Positions 23,394 through 37,200 are shown, counted from the whole stretch's first letter. The stretch is DNA of 61,313 bases, filler included, from Sphacelaria rigidula (GCA_964200075.2; 8 parts of 8 records of this genome joined end to end with filler, not necessarily neighbours in it), one strand, 5' to 3'. Translations and numbers: made by a program. The notes: generated from the letters alone by a model not told the origin.

Positions 23394-24949
23394 ACTTCCC
23401 TATACCAGAACCAATGAAAAAAATCGATATACTGTTCCCTAGATCGCAACAAAGGTAAGACATAGAACAAAGGCCGAAGTCCAGTCCAGACACGTAAGTA
23501 ATAGCTTGAAGGTTGACCACCTTACATGCAAAATAAAAAAACACAGAGAAGATATAACAAGTGCAGATAGAATCAAGTCATCTGACGCGTCAAATTCACA
23601 TTGAGGTTGGATCTCGTGGTGAGATATCCGGAAGACTATACCGAACCCCCAGTATGGGCGGTGGAAATCTCAGCGGACATTATCCTAAAATCTCCGACAC
23701 TAGGTATACAGGCGTCGGATGAAGGGAGGGGGTGGATGATGCATGGAAATACGTCGAGGCCTACTGCACTAATGAAACGAACGCCTTGCCAATGACCCAC
23801 CACATGATGAAAAAAAAAAAAGTGCACCAAGCGTCACGTAGATATCTCGAGATCTTAAAGGATAGAAACCCGTACAAACTGTGGGGGAATCGTTAGCCAA
23901 TTTTTCGGCAGTGAAGGTCTACTCGGAAGCCAAAGTGGGAAAGCGACCCATGGTGAACCGCACATGGAATGGCAGGAAGTGATGTAGGGGACATCCCGAT
24001 GTGTGGGTAAAAGACTTTGTGCTATGCAAACTGTCCTTGGATCTTGCACGGTGAAAATTATCTCCCTGGTGGAAAGTTATTGGTGCAGCAATGGGGCAAG
24101 AAAATAGAAGATACGATCGTGGGACGCCTGGATGGTTTACCATGCATATCGCCTGGCACAGACGTGGGGTACTCATGTCAAGGGTCTTCAACTTGGCTTC
24201 ATGCTACGAGCCCGTGTTTGGACTTTATTTGGTTTCGTTGAGCCAGCGAAAGAATCGGAAGACACCAGATCCCCAACATGTACTTCAATTGGGATATCCC
24301 AGTACCTTAATGACATTCCGCCGCAAAACTTCGAGCAAACAAGCAAGCTGAAGACACTCTCGGAAGAGACCTAAAAAGCGACGGTAAGGAAGGGCAGCTG
24401 GATATGTATAGAGTGGACGGGTAAAGCTCTCGTAGTGCTATTACAGTGGCGTATAGTTAATTAAGGGTCGGCGTCAGCAAAATCATGGATATTGAGGTAT
24501 AACTCATTACGAATACACATGTTTTTCTTATTTCTCTCCTGCGTGAAAACCTTTTTCATACGGCTCTCTGAAGCCATAGAACGTTTCCGTCGCCCATTAA
24601 ATAGACCAATTGCGTCGACCCTTCATTAACTATACGCAACCGTAATAGTATTCAGAGTCCGTAGCGATATGTCGAAAATAAGGTTCAACAGAAAATGCGA
24701 TAAAATAGGATTGTACTTTTTGGCAAGAGAAAAAAATTAGAAGGGCGTGGAAAACACTTCCGAGTCGCGCCACAACAGAGGGCGAGCGAGGATTGGGACA
24801 TCGTAAGAGACAAGTGCAGTGTCGGCATGGGATAGAAGGGTAGGATGAGAGTATGCATAGCCAATGGAAGAGCGAACCTAAGACGTAGCCCTCGGGCAAA
24901 CGGGGATAAGGGAACGCAAAAACAAGTATCATGCCTCGAAGGGAAAGGG

Positions 24950-25170
24950 GGTGTACTCATGATCTTTTATGCCGTAGTCATCAGACCATTGGCCGCGCAT
25001 CCCTACGAAGCCGAGATGGAGCACGCCGGGTATTCGCCGGACCAGGCTCGTAGAGGGGGAGACGGGGCGGGGGCGTGCTCATTTGTTGCTTGCCTTAGTC
25101 GTTTGACCATTGACAACGCATCCCTTTCGAGGCGGAGCACCGTTGCCTCTCCTATCCGAGACACCTCCAG
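24950..25170 (+). repeat. G-tract-flanked short interspersed repeat, B unit followed by A unit
   Basis: A-unit copies at 15355-15425(-), 25070-25170, 38386-38440, 45478-45580, 45917-45961, 47150-47252(-), 61268-61313(-); B-unit copies at 24950-25050, 45605-45705 and ~9590-9655(-). Confidence 0.88.
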
Positions 25171-25289
25171 CATTTCGATGCTGAAAGCAAAGAGACGAGG
25201 ACCACAGCGGAAAATAGAAAGAAAAATCAAGCAAGCGAGAAGAGGAATAAAAAAAACGGAAAACAATAGACAATAGGAAAGCGGATGAT

Positions 25290-28200
25290 GATTGGAACAG
25301 GAAGCTGAGAAAAGGGTCGTGCGACGTGTGCGGATTCACCACGGACAAGCGCAGGAGAATTGAGGTAACGAACAACTAGGTAAGCGCGATCTAGATTTCG
25401 TGGGAATCCGAGAGTCATGGGATAATGGTGGAGCGAAAATATGACGCAAGGGTGGAGAGTACGCATAGACGGGGCAACAGAAGGAGGGACAAAAACTCAC
25501 ACTGGGGAAGTGGGGGGAGTAGGATTCCTAGTCGAGGAATACCTGTGTGTGACATCATAGACGTGGTCGAAGACACAGAATTCGACGAGAGCATATGGAT
25601 GAGAGTACCAGGGGAGCGGGAGGCGAAATAGTTTGTTTTAGGGAAGATCTATATGCCCCCGGAGTCGGAAAGCAATGTAAAAGATCTACGGAGGAAGATC
25701 CGAGAGATGACCGAACATGTATGGATGTATTAAAGGCAAGTAGAGGTAACTTTCGTGGAAGGGTTTAATGCTAGGATTGGAAAAGCAAGCCAACCGAATC
25801 ATATAACAGTGGGCAATTCGGGGAACGAAAAAATGGGAAACATACGAATGAGGTAAAGATGTTGGATTTTCTTGTAACGAGATGGAGACGTTGAGCAAAA
25901 GGTTAAACAGACAAGATCCAAAATGGACTATAATACACCATGCATGCAAAAAGAGAAAGAGAGAAAGCTCCGTTGTTGACTATGTAGTGGTTGGATAGTG
26001 AAGTAGTAAGGAAACAGGCGTACACGTTTGCGCAGCGGACGTAAGAAGTACGGGTGGTTGCCTAATATGGACAGACAGCCAACATACTGGAGTAATAAAA
26101 AATAGGCGGGGTAGGAACGACCCGGTGGTGTAATGGTCCGACTGTCGCCATTAGGGTGGAGAGAACGAGGGTTCGATTACCGATGCGTTGGCTGTTTTCT
26201 TCGTAATGTATGATTTCCACCGTGGAAATCGTGAGAACGTGAATAAACAAAGTAGTCGACAGGGTTTGTTTGACGTGAGTTGACGCGGTGCGGAAGTGCT
26301 GACCCAAGCCGCGAGACCAAAATGTAAAGCGCATACCGGGGGAGAGAGGGGTTGATCTCTTGAGACCACGGACTCATCCCGAGGAAGGGGAGGGGTTCAA
26401 AGTGCAAGGGAAAAAAAACGAAGGAAGCTGAATAAATGGAGAATATGCTAGGAATGAAATAAAATGCAGAGAAATTTTCTGAGCTGTTGGAAAGCGTAGG
26501 TACAGCTAATATCGAAACAGAAGGGGATCGAGCAGGGGCGAGGGTTATCGAAGGATGGGAGCAACTGGTCAAGATCATAGCGAGTAAAGCCGTAGGGAAG
26601 AAAGTGACCGCATGCAACAGAGCAGTATAATTGTGGGGTGAGGAAGTTGAAGAGGCTGTAAGTGTAAAAATAGAGGCCCATGCAAGAATTGTTTCGAGTC
26701 AAACTACGGTAGAGTAGAAGGAGTATGCTGCAGCTAGAGGAGAGATCGAAAGTATGGTAGAGACGAAAAAGAAGGGAATATGAAAATATGTACTTAATAA
26801 AACATATCAAGATTTCGATGGCGGGATGAAGCAAATGTGGGTAGGGATAAAAGGGATACTAGGGAAACAGGCAAGCGAGGCGGGCAAGGGAATAGCCACA
26901 CTAAGGGCACAGAATGGGAAATAGTCGATAGTTCGAAGGGGAGGAGAGAGGTACTAGAAGAGCACTACCGAAAACGAGGAACATCAAAACTTAAAAGAAA
27001 GTCGACACGGACACGGAATTCGAGAAAGACGCCAATGCGCGGGCAAACGTACAGGCATCAAAACGAGAAGATAGTGGCTGCAAAGAATTGCAGAGAGATG
27101 CACCAGAGATGGAGTAAAGGGGTGTGTAGCTAAACGCAAGAACAGAAAGGCAGCAGGGGCAGACGAAATAGCGAATGGATTAATGGAGTACGAGGAAGAG
27201 AGAATGGTGACCATGATATTTATGTTGTATAAGTGGACCTGGGAAAACGATTACACACCAAAGAGGTGGAGAGAAGGAGTAGTAGTGAACCTTTTCAAGA
27301 ATGGAGAAAAGGCTGACCCAGCAAATATACCGAGGAAAAAACGCTGCTGAGCAGCAGCAGAGGGGGAACATTATATAATATTCCGAACGACAGAGGGGAA
27401 ATAATGCTAGAGAAGGCAAAAAACACACACACAGGGGCAAGCCGGGTTGGGACGAAACCGAAGCTGCGTACCATGTGTACACATCGAATAAGGTTGTTTC
27501 AAGGTAGGAAAGATGCGGGGCCAACGACGTACAGTTTTGTTCTAGATGTACAGGATGCCGATGGCACAGTATGGAGAAATGAACCGTGGAAATGATCTGG
27601 GAAACTGGGGTCGGAGAAGAGATGTGAAGAATGGTGAAGATGACCGAATGTGTCAAAAGTGCTATGATGCTAGATGGGGAAATATCGAAATATGTTGATA
27701 TTTTACAAAGAGTTGCACGAGGACGTCGCCCGCTGTCACCCAAATTATTCAACATCATTTATTATTTATTCATCGCTTGATAATAGTAGCACAAACAGCA
27801 ATGCAAGGAGTCAAGGAGGGGGGAGATACGGTATCGGGATTGATGATCACGGATGATTTCGTGGAAATATCAGAAACACGGGAAGGACTGCAGAAACAAA
27901 TAGAGAAGACGGTAAAATACACTAGGAAATGGAGAGTGACGGCGAACGTAAACAAATGCGCGGCAGTTGTATGTAACGAAGGTAAGAAAAACCCGGTAGA
28001 GCTCACTGTGAATAGAGGAGAAAAAGAATTACCGATCGCAGACCCAGTATACATGCCTTGGCGTTGAGATGCCAAGAATGTTTTTGGGAGGGACACATAG
28101 ATTAAGTAATAGGGAAGGGTAAGTCACAGATAGGCAAGATGGGCGTGTTCCTAAGAGACTTGCACCTCGATACTAGGATTAACATGTGTATTCTGGCGAA

Positions 28201-28790
28201 TGTGATTGTACCGAAACTAGAGTATGCACAGGCATGTGGAGGGAACGCGAAGCTGGTGAAGCAGCTGGAGACAGTACAGATAGCAGTAGCTAAGGAAATA
28301 CTTGAATGCTCAAAAACGACGACGATAGTTGTGGGAGCAGAATTGGGAATTTACCCACTTGAAACTCACAGACATGAGGAAATTGAAAGGGCAATGTAGC
28401 GTAAGGAAGATGCCAAAAAAGAGATAGGCAGTCGTAGTTGATGAGGCTGTATGGAAGAAGATAACGAAAGGGCGGGCTGGAAAAAAGCGGAATAGCGTAA
28501 TCGAGAAAGTATGGAGAGAGATAAGAGGGAGCTGAGACGAGATAATGTCCGCAGATGAATGTGGCGGATACAAGACAAGAGTAAGAGGCGTGATAAAAAT
28601 CAGGGAAAAGCAAGCGCCGAGATGGAAAGTAGACAAGGAAAAGCTGCTGAAGAATACGAGAAGTCCATAGGGAATGGGGATGAGGACATGTTCTGCGCGA
28701 TCCAATGGACTACGCGAAGAAGTTGAAAGTGCGACTTCGGGTGGGGGACCTGGACCTGCCAGAAAAAAGGAGCTTGCACCCATGTTTTGT
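25290..28790 (+). mobile_element. Decayed non-LTR retrotransposon (LINE) with AP endonuclease and reverse transcriptase
   Basis: EN motifs DFVGIRESW, GGVGFLV, IYMPPE, FNARIGK, VVDYV; RT motifs KAAGADEI, WREGVVVNLFK, LDVQDADGTVWRN, LSPKLF and GLMITDDFV (degenerate YADD); many stops and frameshifts. Confidence 0.9.
26118..26418 (+). mobile_element. tRNA-derived SINE, family 2, inserted in the LINE
   Basis: A box TGGTGTAATGG, B box GGTTCGATTAC, A-rich tail, possible AGGAA TSD; full-length homolog at 38827-39134. Confidence 0.88.
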
Positions 28791-29730
28791 AGGATTCGGG
28801 TGCATGCGGGATCAAGTTCCAGATTTCTTCCACTTTCCAGTTATCGCACCATAGTGCCCCACGTTCGAAATGGCACGGCCTAAGTCGGGATTTTTCTCGC
28901 GTATATTCTTCGATAGAATTCGGATTTCCGATCGTCGATAGATTTTGGTGAAATAAACAGATCGTCTTTTCCCCCCAGTGCCCAAGTTAGTGTTAGTCGA
29001 TGTTATCGGGCGATACGAATATATACCTCGTTTTATCAGGAGGGTGTTATTGATCGTAAAACACAGTTATGCGGCTCTAGCGTAATAAGCAGGTAAAAAT
29101 AAAAAACAAGCCTTTTCGTCTTTCATAAAAATGATCGGAACAGACTCGATCGGCCGAAAATCCCAAAGAGTCAGAATCTGGACTAATTAGTGGTAGGTCC
29201 CCCGATGACCGGTCAGCCCGTCAGTCGCTCAATATTGAGTACAGATGTTTTTTTTCTTCGAATGTGGAGCGGATACTAGTATCTTCAGGTCCCCAATGTG
29301 ATGAGCGGTGGCAAGCGAAAGAACCTGAGAACATCGCCAATTACGAAGAAATCGCCAAACTTCCCACTTTGAACGCGGGGGTACTGTATATCAGTGTTGT
29401 GCGGGATCTTCTCTCTTGGAGTCTTCATGCCGGGCTGATACCCCACAGTAGTACCATTGCAGGATCCCCGCTGTTCGGTAAGGTTTTGTACGCAACCGGT
29501 TGGGATCGGAGGCTGGCGGCTGTACCGGCGGGTTCCCTGGATAGGGCGATGGGTGGCCAACCCCCGCACTGCGGCGAGACGCCGCACGACACTGGTATAA
29601 TGCATCTGCTTGATCTTTATATTGCGGATGGGACCTGTAACAGGCGATTTCGACTGCAATGTGGTGGGATCCCGCACTCTTGATGACCGCACTGTAGTGG
29701 GATCTCCATCGTATTGGGTTGGGGATTGCG

Positions 29731-29779
29731 GTTTGTTGTTGTTGTTGTTGTTGTTGTTGATGATGATGATGATGATGAT
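29731..29779. repeat. Compound (TTG)n(ATG)n microsatellite, possibly the 3' tail of a non-LTR fragment at ~29260-29730
   Basis: Microsatellite read directly; tail interpretation is inference. Confidence 0.8.
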
Positions 29780-30839
29780 ACCTACGAGCTGGGCCAGCCT
29801 AAAAACGGATTTAGGCTCTAAAAGCAATATCTCATCGACACAGACGAATTGGGCCGTGATCCGCATATCGTACTAATCGTCTAGTCAAGAGGAAGGTGCC
29901 CATCTGCTCAAATTTTTGGGCCCATATTTTCTCGTCGATTATACCCCATGTCTAGTAATTCCTATACCTGAGGGAGATAGCGCCAATACTAAAATCTCTG
30001 CGAAACTCCCGATCGATGCATTTAGCGGATGGCGACGAATTTTGGTGTGGAGAACCACAAAGGAGAGCCGAAAAAAAAAATGGGCCTTCATTTTTTTTTT
30101 CACAGAGCTTAGGACGTTCCGTGAAGAAATGGTCTTTACCACATAGAACGCCCTAAACCAGTGGAAAAAATGAAAAAAATCAACCTGACCCACTTTTTGT
30201 TGACGATTATGCCTTAGAGAGCGCCCACACAAAAGTTCAATACACGAAAACCAAACGTGGGCCGGTGAGTGGCCTGCGAAATACTGTTCCGAATTTCTAC
30301 CGACCCAGTTTTTGATAGGCCCATGCTCTTTCATATATTTAGAGTTGGACCCTGAAATTTGGTATGAACAATGCATAGGGCATGAAAAAAAATCACGTCG
30401 GTACCATATTTTTTTTTCATCATGACTTGGGTACAATAATCAGTTTTCTAGTATGAGGCCGCTTCTTGTAACAAACAGAAATAAAAACCTGGAAAATTGC
30501 CTTTTTGGAGCTTTTACACAGTTTTGCGCCTTCACCCTTTTGGGACCGGGCCTCCAGAACGACCAATGAGGCCGGTCAGGAATGACGTGTCTGGTGTCTA
30601 AACGAAACNNNNNNNNNNNNNNNNNNNNNNNNNNNNNNNNNNNNNNNNNNNNTTAATTAATTAANNNNNNNNNNNNNNNNNNNNNNNNNNNNNNNNNNNN
30701 NNNNNNNNCCTCGCTCTCCCCACCCTCACCGCCACATAGTCCACATCTCCCCCGCCGCCTAAATGCGACACTTACCTCACAAAATCCCTTACTTGATTCC
30801 TCCATCTGTCTGTCGACTTTGTGTCTGTCAACCAAAAAG

Positions 30840-30899
30840 GTAATGAAGGCGAAGCTGTTGACCTCAATTTTCTCTGGGACGGGTTTCGAGCTCTCGTGA
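30840..30899 (+). CDS. Terminal coding exon of a HECT-type E3 ubiquitin ligase (VMKAKLLTSIFSGTGFELS*)
   Basis: Pyrimidine tract plus AAG acceptor at 30839; peptide fits the HECT C-terminal pattern KLLxAIxxxxGFxLS with Phe four residues from the end. Confidence 0.75.
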   Translation, partial: VMKAKLLTSIFSGTGFELS

Positions 30900-32620
30900 T
30901 GCTCCCCTTCTCCCTGCTGTGCACAGATTCTGACACCTCAGCGGAGGCTGCAGTGGCAACGGCGACGTCGTCGCCGACAAACGTCCGTCACACCAACTAC
31001 AATCATACGCGCGCACACACACAGACGATCGGCTGGGCTGTACCGTATGTGACTTCTCCCATTTGCATGCCCCCCTCCCTACCTTCGATTTCTCGTATTT
31101 GTTGGTCGGGTGCATGTTAAAGTGGGTTTTGGCTGGTGAATAGTATCCCCGGCTAACCGTTTGGTCGGCCGCTGAGAGAGATTGGGGAAACGGTGCTCGC
31201 AGTTTTTCCGTTGTTGAACAACAAAGAATCTTGGAGTGGCCACGCACGTCCGTACCGATTTCTTTTTCGTGCCTTGGTCTGAAGTTCAATCAAGCGCGCA
31301 CTGCTTCATTCATCATATACAACAAATAGTATTTTTTTAGGGCACGCTGCTGTTGTAATATGCAGTTGAGGGTGCACCGCTGTATTCATGTAATTGGGAA
31401 CGTACCGTGGTGTAGACTGGCCGAAATGCGGCTAACGGTAGTGAGTAAGTGGTATGGCTGCGCTCCCGTACGCGATGTGTCGTTGTGTTTTATCGGATAT
31501 CGGGGCCGGCTGTGAGTGGGTGATAGGATGCAGGTTAGTGAATGAAATGGGGAAGGGTAGCGGTTGTTGATGGACAGGGGGTGGGAGGGTGGGGGGGGGA
31601 AGATGAAACGTACGTATCTACATGAAATCTACATGACGAACGAAAACGACGATGCTACCTACCGTCAACCCAACAAGACCTCCTCACGTGTGTAAGCCTA
31701 CTGTGGGAAATGATGCTGACATACAAAGAACTCAAGAGTAGACGGTTACACGGAGAGAGCAAGCAGGCCATTCGCCGTAAGAGTACACCCAGCTTTTGAT
31801 ATTCACAAACAAGCAAAGTAGATTTTTCATCGAATGAATTCCTTATTAGAGCCCATAGTGAAGTAGTGGGCGATGTATCTTGTTTCGAGTGATGCGGGTA
31901 GTGCACCGGAGTTTCCTGGCGTTTCGTCGTGCCGTGGCTTCCACTTGCAACTGTCCACTCCGATGAGCTGTGCTGTGGCTATTGAGTACTCAACATGGGA
32001 CTTGTATTCACGAGCTATGATTGCAAAGCAACGTTCATATCAAGCGCACGAGATAATAAATACATTTTTGAATGCGATGCACTCAATTGCAGCACAGCAC
32101 GCACTACAGTGCACGGGTGCGTGTGTGCGTGCGTGCGCCGCAAGAGAAGCAGTCGCAAGATCGACGGTGACGACGAGCCCTGCGGATTTGTATCAAGAAA
32201 TTCTCGAGTGCCGTGCGTTGCAGAATGTGTGTTGTGGTGTCATCCGGTCTATTCTGGACGCCAGTTTACACCCTCCAGTATATCTGAGCGCATCACCCGA
32301 GATCACAAGAGGAAGGCCGACTCAGGAGTTTTTTGTCGTTGTTTTAGTACCCAACCTTTCTTCTACGGCGCTTGCCTTACTTGTTCATCGCGAGAGGGGT
32401 TCAGCGATCCCTTTCCCTCGTCGACCGTCAAGTCGAAGTTTGTGCACCCACTACATCGTCGATTTCCACTGTTGGGCATGGTATGAGAAACCAGATCGTG
32501 TGAATGCACCGAGGTTGACAGGACTCGTTACCTGAGGAAAAGTGGCCGCTCTGGGTCCGGTAGAACGTGCGAAGATACTGTTGAACAGCAATACCAAACT
32601 TTTCTGGCATTGACACGGCA

Positions 32621-32876
32621 GAGTGATGCTACGGTAGGGGTGCACAAATGTTTTCTGAGGTTAGAAATGTTAGGAGCCCTTTATCGCATGCGAAACACGA
32701 CCTATGAAAATATGTGAAAGTACGCCAGGGTTACTACTTCAATGTGCTGGGGATACCCCGAATCAATATGCAAACGGGGATGCCCTGACCCATACTTTTG
32801 TGCATCTAGAATCGTTAGGAGCCCCTGAACCAGACATGATTTCGCAAGAAAGTGCACCCCTACCGTAGCATTGCTC
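32621..32876. mobile_element. MITE with GAG...CTC termini and 4-bp TSD (Sola-type); truncated second copy at 53580-53637
   Basis: 25-bp TIRs GAG[T/C][G/A]ATGCTACGGTAGGGGTGCAC; GGCA directly repeated on both sides. Confidence 0.85.
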
Positions 32877-34223
32877 GGCAATCAGTACAGATTTAAACAG
32901 AAATCGACAGCTTAACGTTCTCATTAGAAAGCAACGCGCATGAAACGATCTTCAGGTGGGAAAACGCGGATTTTCTTAGAGGAGAAACTCTCTGGTCCCC
33001 CGTGAGTGTTACATGCGCTTGCAAAAACTCTGTCGTCGTTCTTTCATACCTGGCGGGGGGGCGGGGAAGCCACCCGTCCTCAGGTAACAAGAGTAATTTC
33101 AATCATGTACACGTGGTTGAGAAAATCGAACTGTTTTATTTCTGCAGCTGTTGCGGAATTCGGTACATGTTACGGTGGGTGACCTCTGGGCAGACGGCAG
33201 TCAGTACAGTAAAGCAACGAAAGCTAGCTATGATCGGGTGTGCCTGCCGTACTGCCGCCAGCGTTGCTTGAAAGTCACAAGACCTTTGCGGTCGGCGGTT
33301 GATGACCTGGGTGTCAAATGCAACAGGTGGTTGATCATAGAGCACTCTTGTTCGTGGGGTCATATCTCGCCCCAGCTTGTAATGCATGACCTCCTCACAT
33401 CGGGAATAATTATGGGAAACTGCTGCATCGAGGTGTTCACGCAGCCAGTGTGTGCTCCAGATTGCAGCATGGACGCACCCCTCTGCACCACGCTAGCAAC
33501 AGTTACTGTTTTCACCCCGCATGTCAAGAAGGTCTCCACAAGTGTTTGATCTCTCATACGACCCCACCCAATCGGCCTGTGGCACGCTTTTGTGATAGGG
33601 CACCCAGATGGTCACATGTCGGGTAAAACCAGCGATGAATAACACTCCCCCCCCCGAGTTCAAATTGGATATGTTACCACCGCAGCGCACCGTCCTTGCT
33701 GGCATGTGTGTGGCAGAGAACAGTAGCGGTGACGGTCACATTGCCCTGTTTTCCAACGACGTTTTTCAGCGCACAGAGGCGCGTCCTGTTCAAAAAGAGG
33801 CAGAGAGAAATCGATCTTCGGATTGGTGAGCTCCACAGCCAAGAAGCGACGAGATCCCTCCGCACCTCGATGTTGTTTGGGGGGCTGTGCGCAGCAACAT
33901 AATAACATGCCTGCCGGCACATGGGAAATTGGGTTCATGCTGGTAACATGCATGATGCCAGTCTCTCGAGCGATTGGTAATCGCCGAGCGAGGNNNNNNN
34001 NNNGAGGAGCTTCCTCTCTATCGTTGCTCCTCTCTCTGGTGATATCGTCATCGACACGCGTGCACACCGCATTCGTTCGGTGCACCTAGCCACAACTACT
34101 TCACTGCTGCAGACTTTTGGGGGGGAAGATGGTTTCGCTCTGGGTAACTGTTTCGCGTCATGCCTGCAAAAAAGATATGTCGCTTGAACCTCATTTTAGA
34201 GATCAACCCCAAAAGTCAGGAGC

Positions 34224-37200
34224 TGTGACGCCAGCCAGTGGAAGCACTGTTGGATCACTGCTGTCGAGTGACTCCCCAGTCTTACTGGCCTCAGGTTTCA
34301 GTTGTCAGCCTTTACAACATCATCTCATCATTCAGGAGTGACCTTCCAGGCGGCTCCATAAACCACATCAGGGTATCACCCCTGTGTCAACGTCATCATC
34401 CATACCATCCCTGTGTATATGTCATCATCCAGTCATCACTATATGCTCAACGTGGCGGCGTGATTTTTTCACAGCACCCCTACAGCGCGTTTGACGGGAA
34501 CCGAGCAACAAGCTTGACACTCAGAAAAATAACGCCAAAACGATTGAGCAAGTCACAACTGAATCCCAAACTCACGTGTAATGCGAGCAGCAATGGAACG
34601 AGTCACTCGCACCTTACGCAACTCATTTTTGAGAAATTCCGGAGCGGCCTCAAAAATATTTGAGAGGCTCCCACGTGCGCTCCTCGACTTCACAACCTTC
34701 CTAGTCGACTAATACGATCAACGAACGATCCTCTGCCTCTGCCACGCGAGCAATCCCGACCATCTAAAACTGCCCCTGGTTGAAAGCGTGCTGAAACACA
34801 TCCTTCACGTTAACCGTTACATTAAGCTGTGCGTCTGCATAAAAACGCAAACGAGCTACATAAGCGATCTGAACACGACCGGAAACAATGTTTTGGATCT
34901 CAAACACATGCGGGTGATGAGCACCAACCACTCTTCACGGACCAGTCCACGTCGCCATCAATTTCGGCGTAACTCCCGGGCGACGCACGCGTGCATACAA
35001 GACATAATCGCCTACCTCGAAATTCGGCAATTCCAGCCCCGACGAGGACCCTTCAGGTCTACGCGCACGTTCAGCGGCAACACCTTCCTGTACTTGAACA
35101 TGGAAACGTTCTTGCAAGTCCAAGACTCCTTGCAATGCACTCTTAATTTGAACATCGTCCAAAACATCACACTTCCATTCCCCCACCGACGAAGACGCCA
35201 GCACAGAGAAGACGTCCGAGGGGCACGACCGAACATCACGTGATACGGCATACTATCGTAACGACGACGATACGCTGTACTAAGCGCCCATTGCACCGCC
35301 GGCAACACGCCCACCCACTCGGAAACCGCTCTACACTGCTCGAGAAGAACAGAGCGAAGAGCACAAATTACTTCCTTGACCATGCGTTCGCACGTACCGT
35401 TTGGCCACGGAGAATACGCTACCGCAAACTGGTGATCAACGCGCAAAGCCTTCCGCAATCGGGCCAAGATCGCATTCTTGAAATGCGTGTCGGTATCACT
35501 CACCCACATATGCGGTACCCCCAAAGGTTTGCACCAATTCAGCAAGGATGCAGCGGTCGATTCGGCAGTACACACGGCTTTTGGTTCCAGAGCCACAAAG
35601 TTGCTCAAAGCATCCATGATTACCTTAATGTATCGAAACCCAGCTTCCTCCGATAAACCTTGGGAAGCTAGCGGGCCACTCCCGCCCACGTACAAGAAGT
35701 CAAAATGAACGACTTTATTCGGCGTGGTCCCATGGACCGTTTCGCCGAGCGGGCGGGGAACAACATCGCCCACCCTCGAGTCAGCACAGTGAAGACACTG
35801 GGGGACAAATTCGCGCAAATGAGTTTCTATCCCCTGCCAGACACAAAGCTCTTGCAAACGGACGAGCGTCGCAGCCACACCACGACGCACAGCGTCGCGC
35901 ATGTGCGCGCAACACATCCTCGCTGACCTATGCGCCGCTAATCCCACTTGACGCCACGGCTGCGCAAGCTGCGCAGGCGAAGACGCCTCGGCAGGTTCAA
36001 ACGGCACCGCCGGCGGGTACGCTCCCCAGCCAGCATACCAAGAATTTGGCGACCCTTCGATCAGCGCGTCAACAGGCGTCGCGCCTGGCGCTGCTGCCGG
36101 TGTCGCCGCTGACGCCACCTCCGGCGCCGGCGCCGTCTTCGACTCTGTAGAAGTTGGGCCCACCTGCACCGCCCGCTGCGGAGCAGCAGCACCTACGGCG
36201 GCGCCGAACCCAGAGCCAGGCCCATGCTGACGCCGCTGCCCCTGCTGCTGCTGGTTCTGCTGCTGCGGCTGCTGCTGCGGAGGGCTCGCCTGTGACCCTC
36301 CATCGCCGGAGGATTCGCCGCCGCCACCACGACTACCTCGTATTTTGCCCTTGTTCTGACGATGCTGATGGCGCGCGGCACTAGACTGCCCAGACTCTCC
36401 ACCGGAAGACGTTGGGCAATCGCGCGCGTAATGGCCAACCTGGCCACAGAGGTGGCAAGTATTACTCGCGGCGCGATCAGCCGATTTCGAGCCAAGCTTG
36501 GGCGAAGATTTCGGCGAAGAGGTGGACGACTGGCCGAACACGTCTATTTTCGGCCACTCCTTGGCCTCGGCCACGACGGTGCTCATCACCAGGTACGGAT
36601 CATCCTTCCAACCTGATTGGTGCTGCAGCTTGACAAGCACGGCTTACTTGAAATTTTCGGGTGCTAACCCCTCCACCAAAGCTTAGTGATTACTGCTGCC
36701 GGGTCGGGAATGAACGCACCATCGGGGGAACGATATACTAGTTCTACGTTCGGATTTTCCGTGAAGTACTTCTCCAAATTAGCCAAGATGGGCTCCACAC
36801 GCTCCAAAATCGTTTTCCCCCGAGAATCCATCACGACAGCTTCCGCCACCGCCGCGGACGCTTGGGTCAGATCTACCTCGGCGCCCGCCGCATGCCCTGC
36901 ATGCTTTTTGATCGCCGCAACCAATTGCGGCGAGGTTATGGTGCTCTCGTTATGTTCCAAACGAGCGAACACTCTCGGTACATGAATCGGTACTTGTTGA
37001 GCCATAGTCACCACCTGATGCCGCACGGCACCCCCTGCATTAGCGTGCTCCACACGCCTCTTGTACTCTTCTAAGTGTTTTGTATGAAAAGTGCGAGATG
37101 CACTCTCTGAGTACCTGTCCCCGTATTGGGGAGGTCGCAGTTCTTCCCGCATGACCACGGGTGTCACTGTGGACGTACCTCGTGAGCCGGTAGCCATACC

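Noticed and set aside
34474-34485. Link between the LTR-adjacent GCACCCCTAC and the Sola-type MITE TIR
   Set aside because: Only 10 bp, and explained as the polypurine tract
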